Origin: Desulfomonilia bacterium
GTDB lineage: Bacteria > Desulfobacterota > Desulfomonilia > UBA1062
Direction: 5' to 3'
Assembly: GCA_050014195.1 (NCBI GenBank)
Contig: JBEKDT010000006.1
Span: forward strand, 32,001-96,000
DNA: 64,000 bases
Below the pieces are notes generated by a model. That model searched no databases and was not told where the DNA came from. It was given only the letters and a program-made list of their open reading frames with translations. Positions 36,551-45,901 of this stretch are shown piece after piece (the first letter of the stretch is position 1; each line of letters opens with the position of its first letter). Both the position numbers and the translations under genes were made by a program.

Positions 36551-36781
36551 AGTTCCTCCTTCAAGCAAATTTTCATCTTGGGTTGAGGAATATTTTACCC
36601 AACAGCACCTTATATATATTTACCACCATGCCCACGGGCAAGTAGCGGGCTTTGCTGAGACCATCGGGGGTATATGATACCAGTCCGGCTGAAATACTTA
36701 AAATTTCATCCATCCCTTTTTTGTTTGCTATTCGACCGGTATCCTATAATCACGTGAACAAGATTCCAGGAGGTGCCATTC

Positions 36782-37363
36782 ATGGCAAAAGATATCTTCA
36801 GCGATGATAATCCGAATTCCTCCTCTGCCCATATGGTCAACCCGGACTTAAGCCCCCAAGAGCTGGTGATGATTGTGGATGAGCATAACGTCGCAATCGG
36901 CAGCTCACCGAGGTCTCTCATGCGGAAAGAAGGGCTTATTCACCGAGCGACATACACCCTGGTCTTCAACTCCGGCGGGCAACTCTTCGTGCAGGACCGC
37001 ACCATGACCAAGGACATTTTCCCGGGTTATCACGATCTCTGTGCCGGGGGCGTGGTGCTTGCCAATGAGGAATATGAGGAATCGGCAAGACGTGAGCTCG
37101 AAGAGGAACTTGGGATTACCGGTGTGCCCTTGAAGTTTCTCTTCGATTTTTATGGTGAATATGCAGGGCAGAAGGTCTGGGGCAGGGTATTCTCATGTAT
37201 TTCTGACGGGCCGTTCATCCTCCAAACTGAAGAGCTTGCCGGCGGGGCATTCCATGAAATCGACGAGGTAAAAGAATTGATAAGTAAGGAGCCCTGCACG
37301 CCTGACAGTGTGTATGTACTTGAACGCTATCTCACTATGCCCGGATCTTTTCATGGGGGATGA
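36782..37363 (+). CDS. Nudix hydrolase (YfcD/IPP-isomerase-like)
   Basis: 'IVDEHN', 'HRAT', Nudix box 'GGVVLANEEYEESARRELEEELGI'. Confidence 0.9.
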   Translation: MAKDIFSDDNPNSSSAHMVNPDLSPQELVMIVDEHNVAIGSSPRSLMRKEGLIHRATYTLVFNSGGQLFVQDRTMTKDIFPGYHDLCAGGVVLANEEYEESARRELEEELGITGVPLKFLFDFYGEYAGQKVWGRVFSCISDGPFILQTEELAGGAFHEIDEVKELISKEPCTPDSVYVLERYLTMPGSFHGG

Positions 37364-37376
37364 CCCAATATTTTTA

Positions 37377-37405
37377 TTGACAATGGTTTGATGTCAAACT
37401 ATAAT
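37377..37405 (+). promoter_or_regulatory. Consensus sigma70 promoter with a palindromic operator in the spacer
   Basis: TTGACA-N17-TATAAT; the spacer contains GTTTGATGTCAAAC. Confidence 0.88.
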
Positions 37406-37411
37406 TGACTC

Positions 37412-37834
37412 GTGAAGAAAGAGCTGGTCATCCTCCAGATCGGCAGGATCCGGGACAAGGCGAACAGCTTTCTGACCAGGGAGCTTGCCAGGCGCAAGCT
37501 GAAGGGCATCGCGCCGTCCCATGGGGATATCCTCTGGGCGCTGTTCACCTATGGCGATCTTCCCATGAAAAAGCTTTCAGAGATCATCAACAGGGATAAA
37601 TCCACAATCACGGCCCTGGTGAATAAGCTCATCAACTCCGGGTATTTACTGAGAAGAACGCATGAATCAGACAGCCGAAGCAGTATTATCTCTCTGACGG
37701 AAAAGGGCAGGGCCATGCAGAAGAATTTCTGGGATGTATCCGAGGCCCTGAGGAAGAAGGCATACCAGGGATTGACGGATGAGGAGATGGAGACCCTCAT
37801 GCGACTGCTGACCAGGATACATGACAACTTCTAA
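37412..37834 (+). CDS. MarR-family transcriptional regulator
   Basis: 'SHGDIL', wHTH 'DKSTITALVNKL...GY', 'DSR...ISLTEKG'. Confidence 0.93.
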   Translation: MKKELVILQIGRIRDKANSFLTRELARRKLKGIAPSHGDILWALFTYGDLPMKKLSEIINRDKSTITALVNKLINSGYLLRRTHESDSRSSIISLTEKGRAMQKNFWDVSEALRKKAYQGLTDEEMETLMRLLTRIHDNF

Positions 37835-37849
37835 AAAAATTTTCTGCAA

Positions 37850-37869
37850 ATTGTTTGATATCAAACAAT
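37850..37869. promoter_or_regulatory. Perfect 20-bp palindromic operator (probable MarR site)
   Basis: ATTGTTTGATATCAAACAAT; same core as 37386-37399. Confidence 0.8.
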
Positions 37870-37890
37870 ATTATGTAAGAAGGAGTCAAT

Positions 37891-38856
37891 ATGGAATTTA
37901 ATGAAGCAGAGCCGGTGGCTTTTCGGAAAGAACCCGGTAATGGAGCATCCAAGGGTTTTGTTCAGATGAATTTTTCTCGAAAACCCAATACCTTTTCCCT
38001 TTATCTCAAGGGGATCTTCGCCAGGCACCAGGGATTGAGGCCCGGTGAGAAGCTGCCTGCAATGAAGGCACATTGGCGGGATTTTCGAATAGACCCGGTC
38101 CATCTAAAAAAGGTAAGCGCCCTGTGCAGTCTGTATCCGGGCAAGACAATGCCGCTGATATATCCCCTGACAGTCCTGTTTCCCCTGCACATGAGCACGA
38201 TCGCACGAGGGGAGTTTCCCCTGCTTTACCTCAGGATGCTCCATGTGAGAGACCACCTCCTCCAGCACCGCCCTGTAGATGTCGGTGAAAAGATGGAAAT
38301 ATCATGCATGATTACCGGGCAGCGTGTCATTCCCAAAGGGTCGGAGTTCGACATCCATTCGATCATGAGCTCTTCAGGCGAGCCGGTATGGGAGGGCATC
38401 AGCACCAATTTTTTCCCCGGATCGTTCGGAGAGCCCGGTCAGTCCTCTCCCCTTGCGCAGTTCGACCCTATGCCGGACCAGTGCAGCACAGTCCGATGGA
38501 TGATGCCTGAAGGGAAGGGGTTCAGGTTCGGTCTTCTTACAGGGGATTACAACGGCATCCATTACCTTGCACCCTATGCCAGGATGCTCGGGTTCAAACG
38601 TGACTTCATGCATGCCCAGCGGTCATTGGCTGAATGCCTGCGCGCCTTGCCGCCAGTGGAGGGGGATAATCCTATGCGCCTCGATGTCGCATTTAAGGGG
38701 CCGGTATACTATGGGACCAGTGCGCTCATGAAGTATACCGCCATCAAAGGCGGATTCCGTTTTGATCTCCACACCGACGATGATGAAAGGCCCTGTGTCA
38801 CGGGGAATGTCTTTAAGCCACAGAACGGCGTAAATCTCACAAAAAGTCCAGCATGA
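37891..38856 (+). CDS. Double hot-dog (MaoC-like) acyl dehydratase
   Basis: 'TGDYNGIH...ARMLGFKRDFMH', 'VAFKGPV'; AAGGAG RBS. Confidence 0.8.
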   Translation: MEFNEAEPVAFRKEPGNGASKGFVQMNFSRKPNTFSLYLKGIFARHQGLRPGEKLPAMKAHWRDFRIDPVHLKKVSALCSLYPGKTMPLIYPLTVLFPLHMSTIARGEFPLLYLRMLHVRDHLLQHRPVDVGEKMEISCMITGQRVIPKGSEFDIHSIMSSSGEPVWEGISTNFFPGSFGEPGQSSPLAQFDPMPDQCSTVRWMMPEGKGFRFGLLTGDYNGIHYLAPYARMLGFKRDFMHAQRSLAECLRALPPVEGDNPMRLDVAFKGPVYYGTSALMKYTAIKGGFRFDLHTDDDERPCVTGNVFKPQNGVNLTKSPA

Positions 38857-38872
38857 AAAGAACACATTCAGG

Positions 38873-39433
38873 ATGAGAAGCAAGGAGGTGCACTTGAGGA
38901 CACTCGAACAAATTGGAATTACTGATTTGAAAGAACATCTCATCAAGAATTGGATGACCCACGACGGCATGTGGTTCTATCACTGTCTTAAGTCGTTCGG
39001 TATCGAGGAGGCCAACCGGCTGAACAAGGCAGCCATCAAATCCCTGGCAGCCATAGAATTCAAAAGGGCCATGCAGCTCTTCGGAATAAACCGCATAGAT
39101 ACCTTGGAAGACCTGAAAAACGCCATCGATGCAACTTTCAGTGTGAGCAAAGGCGACTTTATGAATTTCACGTATACCTTCCCGGAAAATGATCTGTTCC
39201 ACTGGGAGTGGCTCGACAGCAACTGCTTCGCCTTTCAGGGCATGAAGCGGATGGGGGCTGTCGAACATTATGAATGCGGGGTGATCTATCGCGTTCTGTG
39301 CTGGCTGGAAAATGCAGGTATCAAATATGCCCTCTCCCCGGAATTCAACGGGTGTCTCATGCACACGAAAGGAAAGTGTTCCGGCAATGTCAGGCTGTTG
39401 TTTCCAGGGCAGAACCGAAACCAACATGCATGA
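38873..39433 (+). CDS. DUF6125-like protein
   Basis: 'KNWMTHDGMWF' with conserved Cys in 'CFAF', 'YEC' and 'C.M...GKC'. Confidence 0.7.
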   Translation: MRSKEVHLRTLEQIGITDLKEHLIKNWMTHDGMWFYHCLKSFGIEEANRLNKAAIKSLAAIEFKRAMQLFGINRIDTLEDLKNAIDATFSVSKGDFMNFTYTFPENDLFHWEWLDSNCFAFQGMKRMGAVEHYECGVIYRVLCWLENAGIKYALSPEFNGCLMHTKGKCSGNVRLLFPGQNRNQHA

Positions 39434-39459
39434 CTTGGATTAAAAACAAAGGAGGCAGT

Positions 39460-39891
39460 ATGAAAATTGATGAAGGGACACACAAGGCTATTCAGGGGCA
39501 TCTTGGCTACACGGATGAAGAGATGGCGTTATTCATGGAGAATCCCCGCAATCTGGATGTCATGTCCAAGGCCCCGGCCTTGATGGGCAAGACCATTGTC
39601 ATTGAGGTGGTGGAGGCGAGCGGGTGTAACTCTCAGCACAAGGCAGGCGATAAATTTATCTTCGATGGTGCAGGGAACCTCATCACCAAGCTCAACCCGG
39701 GGAAAATCTGCTGTTTCGCATTAGGCCAGATCCCGGGTCTTATCTTTGCCGCCAATGAGCTCCTCTATGCAGGGGTCGATCCGAACGAGATGCGCTTCAA
39801 GAGGACAGGGTGTTTCGATACCGGAGTGAAGTGCGGCGGCTGGGGCCACATCGTGATGGAGATCAGGGTGGAAGACCGCAAGAAGATATAA
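39460..39891 (+). CDS. Cys-rich TIGR04076-like hypothetical protein
   Basis: AAAGGAGG RBS; 'GCNSQHKAGDKF', 'ICCFAL', 'GCFDTGVKCGGWG'. Confidence 0.7.
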   Translation: MKIDEGTHKAIQGHLGYTDEEMALFMENPRNLDVMSKAPALMGKTIVIEVVEASGCNSQHKAGDKFIFDGAGNLITKLNPGKICCFALGQIPGLIFAANELLYAGVDPNEMRFKRTGCFDTGVKCGGWGHIVMEIRVEDRKKI

Positions 39892-39978
39892 TCATAAGGA
39901 GACATTCATGGAGATTATGATGAAATGAACAAGGCTGTACCAGCCTGACTGACACAAAGAACAGGAGGATAATTGAGT

Positions 39979-40383
39979 ATGATGATGACAAAAGAACAGG
40001 CCAGGGAATTTGCTTCAAGGTGGCTGCCTGCCTGGACCGGCAACAATCCGGAAAGACTTGCAGCCTTTTATTCCCATGATGTGGCATACCTCGACCCGAC
40101 CGTCCCTCAGGGTCTGAAGGGCAACGATTCATTGCTGAAATACTTCCGTAAGTTGCTTGCCCTCAACCCGGACTGGGTCTGGACACAGATCGAACCCATT
40201 CCAATGGAAGATGGCTTTTTGAATAAGTGGCATGCACAAATCCCTGTCGGCACAAAGACAATAGAATGTATCGGCGTGTGTTTCGTGCAGTTCGACAAAA
40301 AGGGACTGATCCGGCGCAACGAGGTTTACTTTGATTGTACAAGGTTGAATGAGGAGATAAATAAATTAAGGCAATCTACCTAG
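39979..40383 (+). CDS. SnoaL/NTF2-like protein
   Basis: 'WLPAWTGN', 'FYS.D..Y.DP', 'GLIRRNEVYFD'. Confidence 0.85.
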   Translation: MMMTKEQAREFASRWLPAWTGNNPERLAAFYSHDVAYLDPTVPQGLKGNDSLLKYFRKLLALNPDWVWTQIEPIPMEDGFLNKWHAQIPVGTKTIECIGVCFVQFDKKGLIRRNEVYFDCTRLNEEINKLRQST

Positions 40384-40418
40384 TTGACGTCCATTGGGAG
40401 GAACAGACGGTTCTTGGC

Positions 40419-40649
40419 TCATTTGACCGACCAGGTCTTGATGATGAATGCAACAAGCCAGAACACGGGTATGAGGCCGAGGGCGATGATAATGGCGGTA
40501 TAGTCCACCTCGATACCCAGCCTTGCGAAGTAATGAACCAAGCCTTGGTTGGTGCGGGCGCTGTGGGAAGCATAGATTACGATGGAGACTGCGGCAATGA
40601 TGGCCCCTGAGATCAGAGAGAGGGTGGTTATGTTCGGCATGTTCTTCAT
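40419..40649 (-). CDS. Small two-TM hypothetical protein
   Basis: 76-aa ORF with two hydrophobic segments. Confidence 0.5.
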   Translation of the reverse strand: MKNMPNITTLSLISGAIIAAVSIVIYASHSARTNQGLVHYFARLGIEVDYTAIIIALGLIPVFWLVAFIIKTWSVK

Positions 40650-40875
40650 GACTGGTATACTATAATGAGGTCGTTTCCCCGGTTATGCAAGAAGGATCTT
40701 GCAATCCGGACAGATCAAATTCCTGGAATATCTTATATGAATATTTCGAACCTTGTTTTCTCTTCCTTGGCAAATATTACTATGTAGCCTGATGAAGGGA
40801 ACGAAGGCCTTGTGAATCTCCAACACCGAGACAGATTATTTATTGCGGGCTAAATATTTTTTTAGGAGGCGATAT

Positions 40876-41364
40876 ATGGTTACAAGAAACACTCCGGTCG
40901 ACATGGGGAAACGGTTGTTGTTCGGCTTTATCGCAGGATTTTTTGCCACCCTTGTTTTTCACCAGCTGACACTGGCTGTGCTCTGGATTGTGGGCTTGGC
41001 GCCATTTAAGCCTTTCTCGATGACAGCGACCCAGCCCTTCGGGATACCCGCAGTATTTTCCCTCGCATTCTGGGGTGGCATTTGGGGCATATTGTTCGCA
41101 TTGATAGAGGGCGGCTTTCCGCGTCGCGGCTATTGGTGGTGGGCCTTTCTGTTCGGCGCCATCCTCCCTTCCCTGGTTGCCCTTATGGTGGTGCTTCCCC
41201 TCAAGGGTATACCCATGGGGGGCGGCTGGCATATGTCTTTGTTACTGACGGCATTCCTGATTAACGGTGCCTGGGGCATCGGCACGGGGCTGATCCTCAA
41301 GGGGTTGTTGGGCAGGTTCAGCACCTCACAGGATGCAGGCAGTTTAATGCATAAAAGTGCCTGA
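40876..41364 (+). CDS. Four-TM membrane protein
   Basis: AGGAGG RBS; 'ATLVFHQ', 'SLAFWGGIWG', 'NGAWG.G'. Confidence 0.78.
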   Translation: MVTRNTPVDMGKRLLFGFIAGFFATLVFHQLTLAVLWIVGLAPFKPFSMTATQPFGIPAVFSLAFWGGIWGILFALIEGGFPRRGYWWWAFLFGAILPSLVALMVVLPLKGIPMGGGWHMSLLLTAFLINGAWGIGTGLILKGLLGRFSTSQDAGSLMHKSA

Positions 41365-41490
41365 GAGCTGTTACGGGTGAGTCGGGAGGGTTTTATTGCG
41401 CCATATATGGATCTTGATGGACTTAAGCATTTTTTTTGACAGGTGCATATATCTCTCATATAGTTCGGTGGCCGATACATCTTAAAATCC

Positions 41491-42390
41491 ATGCAGGAGG
41501 TTCTGATTGTGGAAGCGCATGACAAGGTTGTGGACGGTTACAGGTTCCTGCCGCCGACCCTTAAGACCTTGTTGAGAAAAGAGATCCCTGAGACGGATTA
41601 TATAGGAGAGATCCCCTGGACCCCGCTGAGGAAGCCGGCTTCAGAGACCACGTTCTCCCTCATAACGTCGGCCGGAATAAGCCTGAAGCAAGACCTGCCC
41701 TTTGACATGGAACGGGAGAAGCGAGAGCCCTTCTGGGGTGACCCTACTCACCGCGAGATTCCCCGGGACACATCACAAGATCAGATCGACGCAAATCATC
41801 TCCATGTCGATACCCGATTTATCAAGGATGACATCAATGTGATCCTGCCGATAAATAGATTTGCCGAGCTGGAGAAAAATGGCGTCATCGGTAACCTGGC
41901 ACCGACCTGCTATTCGTTCTACGGTTACCAGCACGACTTCTCGTTCCTTCTCGAGACGACCATGCCCGACGTTTCCGCACGGATGCACGATGAAGGGGTC
42001 GAGGCGGTCATGCTTACCCCGGGCTGCCCCTTATGCTGCCGGTCCGTGGGCCTGGTGGCACGGTTTCTCGAGTCACAGGGATTCTCAACAATTTGCCTCA
42101 CCCCGATTCCCGAATTCAACCGGCTTATCGGCATACCCAGGGTGGCGGCCATCGAATACCCGTTCGGAAGACCTGTGGGCAAGGTGCATGACACTAAGGG
42201 CCAGCAGGAGGTCCTGATGCAGGTGATCTCCTGCCTGGAGAAGGCCGAGAAACCAGGTGGGGTATTCCATCTCCCGTTCACCTGGCCTGAAGAGCCGAAG
42301 GAAACAAAATGGCACCCCCCCGAGATCTCCCCGATACTCAAACTCTTCCAGACCGAGATCAAGAAGATGAGGGATCAGGAAGGGAAATAA
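41491..42390 (+). CDS. Glycine/sarcosine/betaine/D-proline reductase selenoprotein B family (GrdB/PrdB-like), Cys-containing form
   Basis: 'PWTPL.KP', 'ITSAG', 'GDPT.REIP', 'DINV.LP', 'VMLTPGCPLC', 'IPRV..IEYPFG.PVG'. Start may be GTG 41509. Confidence 0.85.
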   Translation: MQEVLIVEAHDKVVDGYRFLPPTLKTLLRKEIPETDYIGEIPWTPLRKPASETTFSLITSAGISLKQDLPFDMEREKREPFWGDPTHREIPRDTSQDQIDANHLHVDTRFIKDDINVILPINRFAELEKNGVIGNLAPTCYSFYGYQHDFSFLLETTMPDVSARMHDEGVEAVMLTPGCPLCCRSVGLVARFLESQGFSTICLTPIPEFNRLIGIPRVAAIEYPFGRPVGKVHDTKGQQEVLMQVISCLEKAEKPGGVFHLPFTWPEEPKETKWHPPEISPILKLFQTEIKKMRDQEGK

Positions 42391-42558
42391 AACCGCAGCG
42401 AAGACCGGTAAGATAAAATCAGGAAGAAAATATCAGCTTGGTCCCCGACATAATGACAAGGCCTTTACCCTTCAGGTTCATTTTTGTTTTGCAGTGATTC
42501 GTGGTATAACAACAAGATCATTACCTGACTCCGAAGTCATGCCTGAGAGGAGATACCG

Positions 42559-43758
42559 ATGAAGCGAAGAGACTTTCTGAAAGGGGCTGCAGGGGCATCG
42601 CTCATGGCGGTGTGCCCGGTTACCGGCAGTGTGGGTGCACGCCAGGCCCCCAATAAGGCCGCAAAGCTTTCTCCGGGACGACCAACAAAAGTCTTTCTGG
42701 CAGGAGTGGGCAGAGGGGCTACAGAACAGGCGATTAAACTCTCGGTCCGCCAATCGGCCGAATCAGCCACGGATTTTTCCTGGCTGTCCAGAGGCGACGC
42801 TGTGTTCATCAAGCCGGTGGTCAATTCAGGACACCCCTATCCGGCCACCACCAGCCCCATTGCCGTCGCAGCCATGGTCGAGCTCCTCAAGGAAAAGGGG
42901 GCGGGCCGGGTAATCGTGGGAGACATGTCCGGTGTGGAAAACGTGAGATTCTCATCAACCGGGCTTACCGGCAGCTCCCGGAAATTGATGGAGGCTTGCG
43001 GCATGGCTAAGGCCGTACAGGCATCCGGCGCCGAGATGCATTTCTTCGAAGAAGCGGGATGGAATGCATTCTATGAAGACATCCCGGCTGCGGGCTCTCA
43101 CTGGAAGAATTCTCTAATGATGCCGAACGTCCTCAAGGAGGTTCAGCACATCATCCTCATGCCCCGCTGTTCCCGCCATATAATTGCAGGCAGCACACTT
43201 GGCATGAAGGCCGCGGTAGGTTATTGGCGCCACGACACACGTCTTGAATACCACCGCGACGCTGCCACCCTGCAGGAAAAGACGGCCGAAGGCAATACTG
43301 TGGAAACCCTGCGCACAAAGCAGAGGCTCGTGCTTTCGGCAGCAGACAAGATACTCACCACCTTTGGCCCGGACAAGGGATATGTCTTTACGCCGGAGAC
43401 CGGTATGATAATCGCCTCACAGTCGGTGGCGGCTCATGACATGGTGTCTCTGGCCTGGCTCCTGGACAACAGACGCACCATCCCTGAATCACAAAGGGAT
43501 GATTTCATGGATACCAGCAAACTGGCTCCAAGATTTGCCAATCACATAGTAGTAAGCTGGCTGGGCGGATGGGGACCGGCCCTGGCGTCGGAAACGCTTA
43601 CCAAGAACGATCTCAAAACCATATGGGATGATCGGGTCATCACGCATGCCTGCGAGGTCTTCGGCGGCGTGCCCGGGATTGTCCTGGAACCTGCCAACAA
43701 GGCGCTCCCCGAAGACTTGAAGAAGCGGTTGGGCCAAATGACCGCCTTTCCTGCCTGA
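42559..43758 (+). CDS. Tat-exported DUF362 protein
   Basis: Twin-Arg 'MKRRDFLK', 'VFIKP', 'TTSP', 'H..AG.TLGMK..VG'. Confidence 0.85.
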   Translation: MKRRDFLKGAAGASLMAVCPVTGSVGARQAPNKAAKLSPGRPTKVFLAGVGRGATEQAIKLSVRQSAESATDFSWLSRGDAVFIKPVVNSGHPYPATTSPIAVAAMVELLKEKGAGRVIVGDMSGVENVRFSSTGLTGSSRKLMEACGMAKAVQASGAEMHFFEEAGWNAFYEDIPAAGSHWKNSLMMPNVLKEVQHIILMPRCSRHIIAGSTLGMKAAVGYWRHDTRLEYHRDAATLQEKTAEGNTVETLRTKQRLVLSAADKILTTFGPDKGYVFTPETGMIIASQSVAAHDMVSLAWLLDNRRTIPESQRDDFMDTSKLAPRFANHIVVSWLGGWGPALASETLTKNDLKTIWDDRVITHACEVFGGVPGIVLEPANKALPEDLKKRLGQMTAFPA

Positions 43759-43943
43759 CCGGGGGATCCCCTAAAGGATGTAAACACTTAAGGGATTTGC
43801 TTCGGGTGTGTTGCATATCTCATTGATCTGCATCCAGGCCTTCGGCCCTTTTTCTCCAAGATAGAGATTGATGTTGAACAGTTGCATTTAATTGTAATAC
43901 ATCTGTTGATACGACATTCTTACAAAACATCATGGGAGGGGAT

Positions 43944-44990
43944 ATGGCTGTCATCAAGAATAAAGTCATGACTGCGCAAGAGGCCGTCAGCAGATTCGTT
44001 CAGGACGGCGATCACCTGGTTATCGGCAACTACACCGTGGGGACCTGTGCCGCCCTCGTATTCGAGGTCATCAGACAGCAGAGAAAGGGCCTGACCCTGT
44101 ATTCCCAGTCAGGGGTCTTTGACGTGGAAGTGCTGGTCGCAGGAGGTTGTGTAGACCGGCTTGTAACTACCTACGTATACCGGGCAGGCGGGAAGGAGGG
44201 CGGGTCTGCCGTGGAGAGGGCGATCAAGGCGGGCACCCTCGAGATGGAGGACTATACGAATTTCCAGTACAACGCCCGCATGGTGGCCGGCATGCACGGG
44301 TTCAGCTTCATGCAGGTCTTGGAGGGCGCCATGGTCACCGACCTGTTCAAAAAGCGCTCATTTATGGGGGAAGAAAAATATAAGGTGATCACCTGCCCGT
44401 ATACGGGCAGGCAGATTCTCACCGTTCCGGCGGCAAACCCCGATGTGTGCATCGTACACGTGCAGCGGGCCGACAAATTCGGGAACGCCCAGTACTGGGG
44501 GGCCCTCGGCAGTGTTGCTTCTGCGTCCCTCGCGAGCAAGAGGATCGTTGTATCGTGCGAGGAGATCGTGGAGCACGATATCATCCAGTCGAGCCCCCAC
44601 CTGACCCTTATCCCCGGATACCGGGTGGATGCGGTGGTCGAGGCCCCCTGGGGCGCTCATCCCACAGAGGTGCTGGGTTACTACAATCTCGACCGGATGA
44701 TGTATGCCATGTTTTTCCTGTCGGATATGACGGGCGACGGCCTGAAGGTATGGATGGACGAATGGGTCTACGGGTGCACTGACCGCCATGCCTACCTGGA
44801 TCATTATATGGCCAAGCACGGTGCGGAGATGCTCGATGCCATCAGGGCCAAATCCTATTTCTCCGCACCCGCGAATTACGGCTCCGCCTATACTTCGTGT
44901 TGGGACAACGACAACCTGGAACGCACCATGGGCATCACGTTGGAAGAAATGGAAAAGATCCTTGAGGATAGGGGGTTGCTCAATGGCTAA
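43944..44990 (+). CDS. CoA-transferase subunit A (GctA-like)
   Basis: 'EAVSRFVQDGD', 'CPYTG', 'PDVCIVHVQRADKFGNAQ', 'PWGAHP'. Confidence 0.9.
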   Translation: MAVIKNKVMTAQEAVSRFVQDGDHLVIGNYTVGTCAALVFEVIRQQRKGLTLYSQSGVFDVEVLVAGGCVDRLVTTYVYRAGGKEGGSAVERAIKAGTLEMEDYTNFQYNARMVAGMHGFSFMQVLEGAMVTDLFKKRSFMGEEKYKVITCPYTGRQILTVPAANPDVCIVHVQRADKFGNAQYWGALGSVASASLASKRIVVSCEEIVEHDIIQSSPHLTLIPGYRVDAVVEAPWGAHPTEVLGYYNLDRMMYAMFFLSDMTGDGLKVWMDEWVYGCTDRHAYLDHYMAKHGAEMLDAIRAKSYFSAPANYGSAYTSCWDNDNLERTMGITLEEMEKILEDRGLLNG

Positions 44991-45807
44991 GAAATACACA
45001 CTCGACGAACTCTTGATCATCACTGCTGCCCGGGAGATCCGTGACGGTGAGAACATCATCCTGGGGGTAGGACTGCCCACCACTGCAGGCGCCATGGCAA
45101 AGGCCCTCCATGCTCCGAACGCGACCCTGATGATGGAATCGGGTATCATCGATTTCAGGCCGCTTGTTCCCCCGAACCACATCGCCGATGCAAATTCCTG
45201 CAGGGGATTCTCCTATGCAACGGACCTGTTCTCTGCATTCACCATGACCTACCGGGGGTATGTCGATGTGTGCTTCTTGGGCGTTGCCCAGATCGACAAG
45301 TTCGGCAACGTCAATACCACGGTCATCGGGGATTATCATAACCCGAAGATGAGGCTGCCAGGCTCGGGAGGCGCACCGGACTTCCTGTCGTACGCAAAGA
45401 GGACGATCCTCACCATGCGGGGAGGGGAGTTTGTGAACAAGCTCGATTACTTAACCTCTCCGGGGTTCCTCGACGGAGGCGACAGCAGGGACAAATCAGG
45501 GCTCTTTCCGCCCGGCTCGGGGCCGGCCATGCTGCTGACCACCAAAGGGATCTTCCGGTTTGACGAAAAGACCAAGGAGATTTATCTCTCCAAGGTCCAC
45601 CCGGGCGTGGGTGTGGACCGCATCAGGAAAGACGTCCCCTGGGACCTGAAGATAGCACATGACCTCTCGGAGACGGACCGGCCGAGCGATGCGGAGATCG
45701 ATTTCGTCAGGCGCTTTGCACCTACCGAGGTGGTCGGCAGGAAGCTGATGTACGAGCTCGGGCTTAGCAATGCATTCAAGAAGGCCCAGGCACGGGGGAA
45801 GATGTAG
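44983..45807 (+). CDS. CoA-transferase subunit B (GctB-like)
   Basis: 'GVGLP', catalytic Glu in 'MESG', 'AQIDKFGNVNTT', 'RLPGSGGA'. Confidence 0.9.
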   Translation: MAKKYTLDELLIITAAREIRDGENIILGVGLPTTAGAMAKALHAPNATLMMESGIIDFRPLVPPNHIADANSCRGFSYATDLFSAFTMTYRGYVDVCFLGVAQIDKFGNVNTTVIGDYHNPKMRLPGSGGAPDFLSYAKRTILTMRGGEFVNKLDYLTSPGFLDGGDSRDKSGLFPPGSGPAMLLTTKGIFRFDEKTKEIYLSKVHPGVGVDRIRKDVPWDLKIAHDLSETDRPSDAEIDFVRRFAPTEVVGRKLMYELGLSNAFKKAQARGKM

Positions 45808-45821
45808 CTGCAAATGGATAA

Positions 45822-45861
45822 TTTGAGGGTGGGTGGAGCTTGAGCGAAACCCACCCTCAAA
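45822..45861. repeat. 13-bp inverted repeat between convergent genes (REP-like, possible bidirectional terminator)
   Basis: TTTGAGGGTGGGT-N14-ACCCACCCTCAAA. Confidence 0.6.
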
Positions 45862-45901
45862 GGATGTACACGCTCAAGTGCTAAAGCACATTTCATTTCC
45901 C

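Noticed and set aside
41491-42390. Selenoprotein with UGA read-through
   Set aside because: The codon is TGC and the frame is open; it is reported as a Cys homologue instead.
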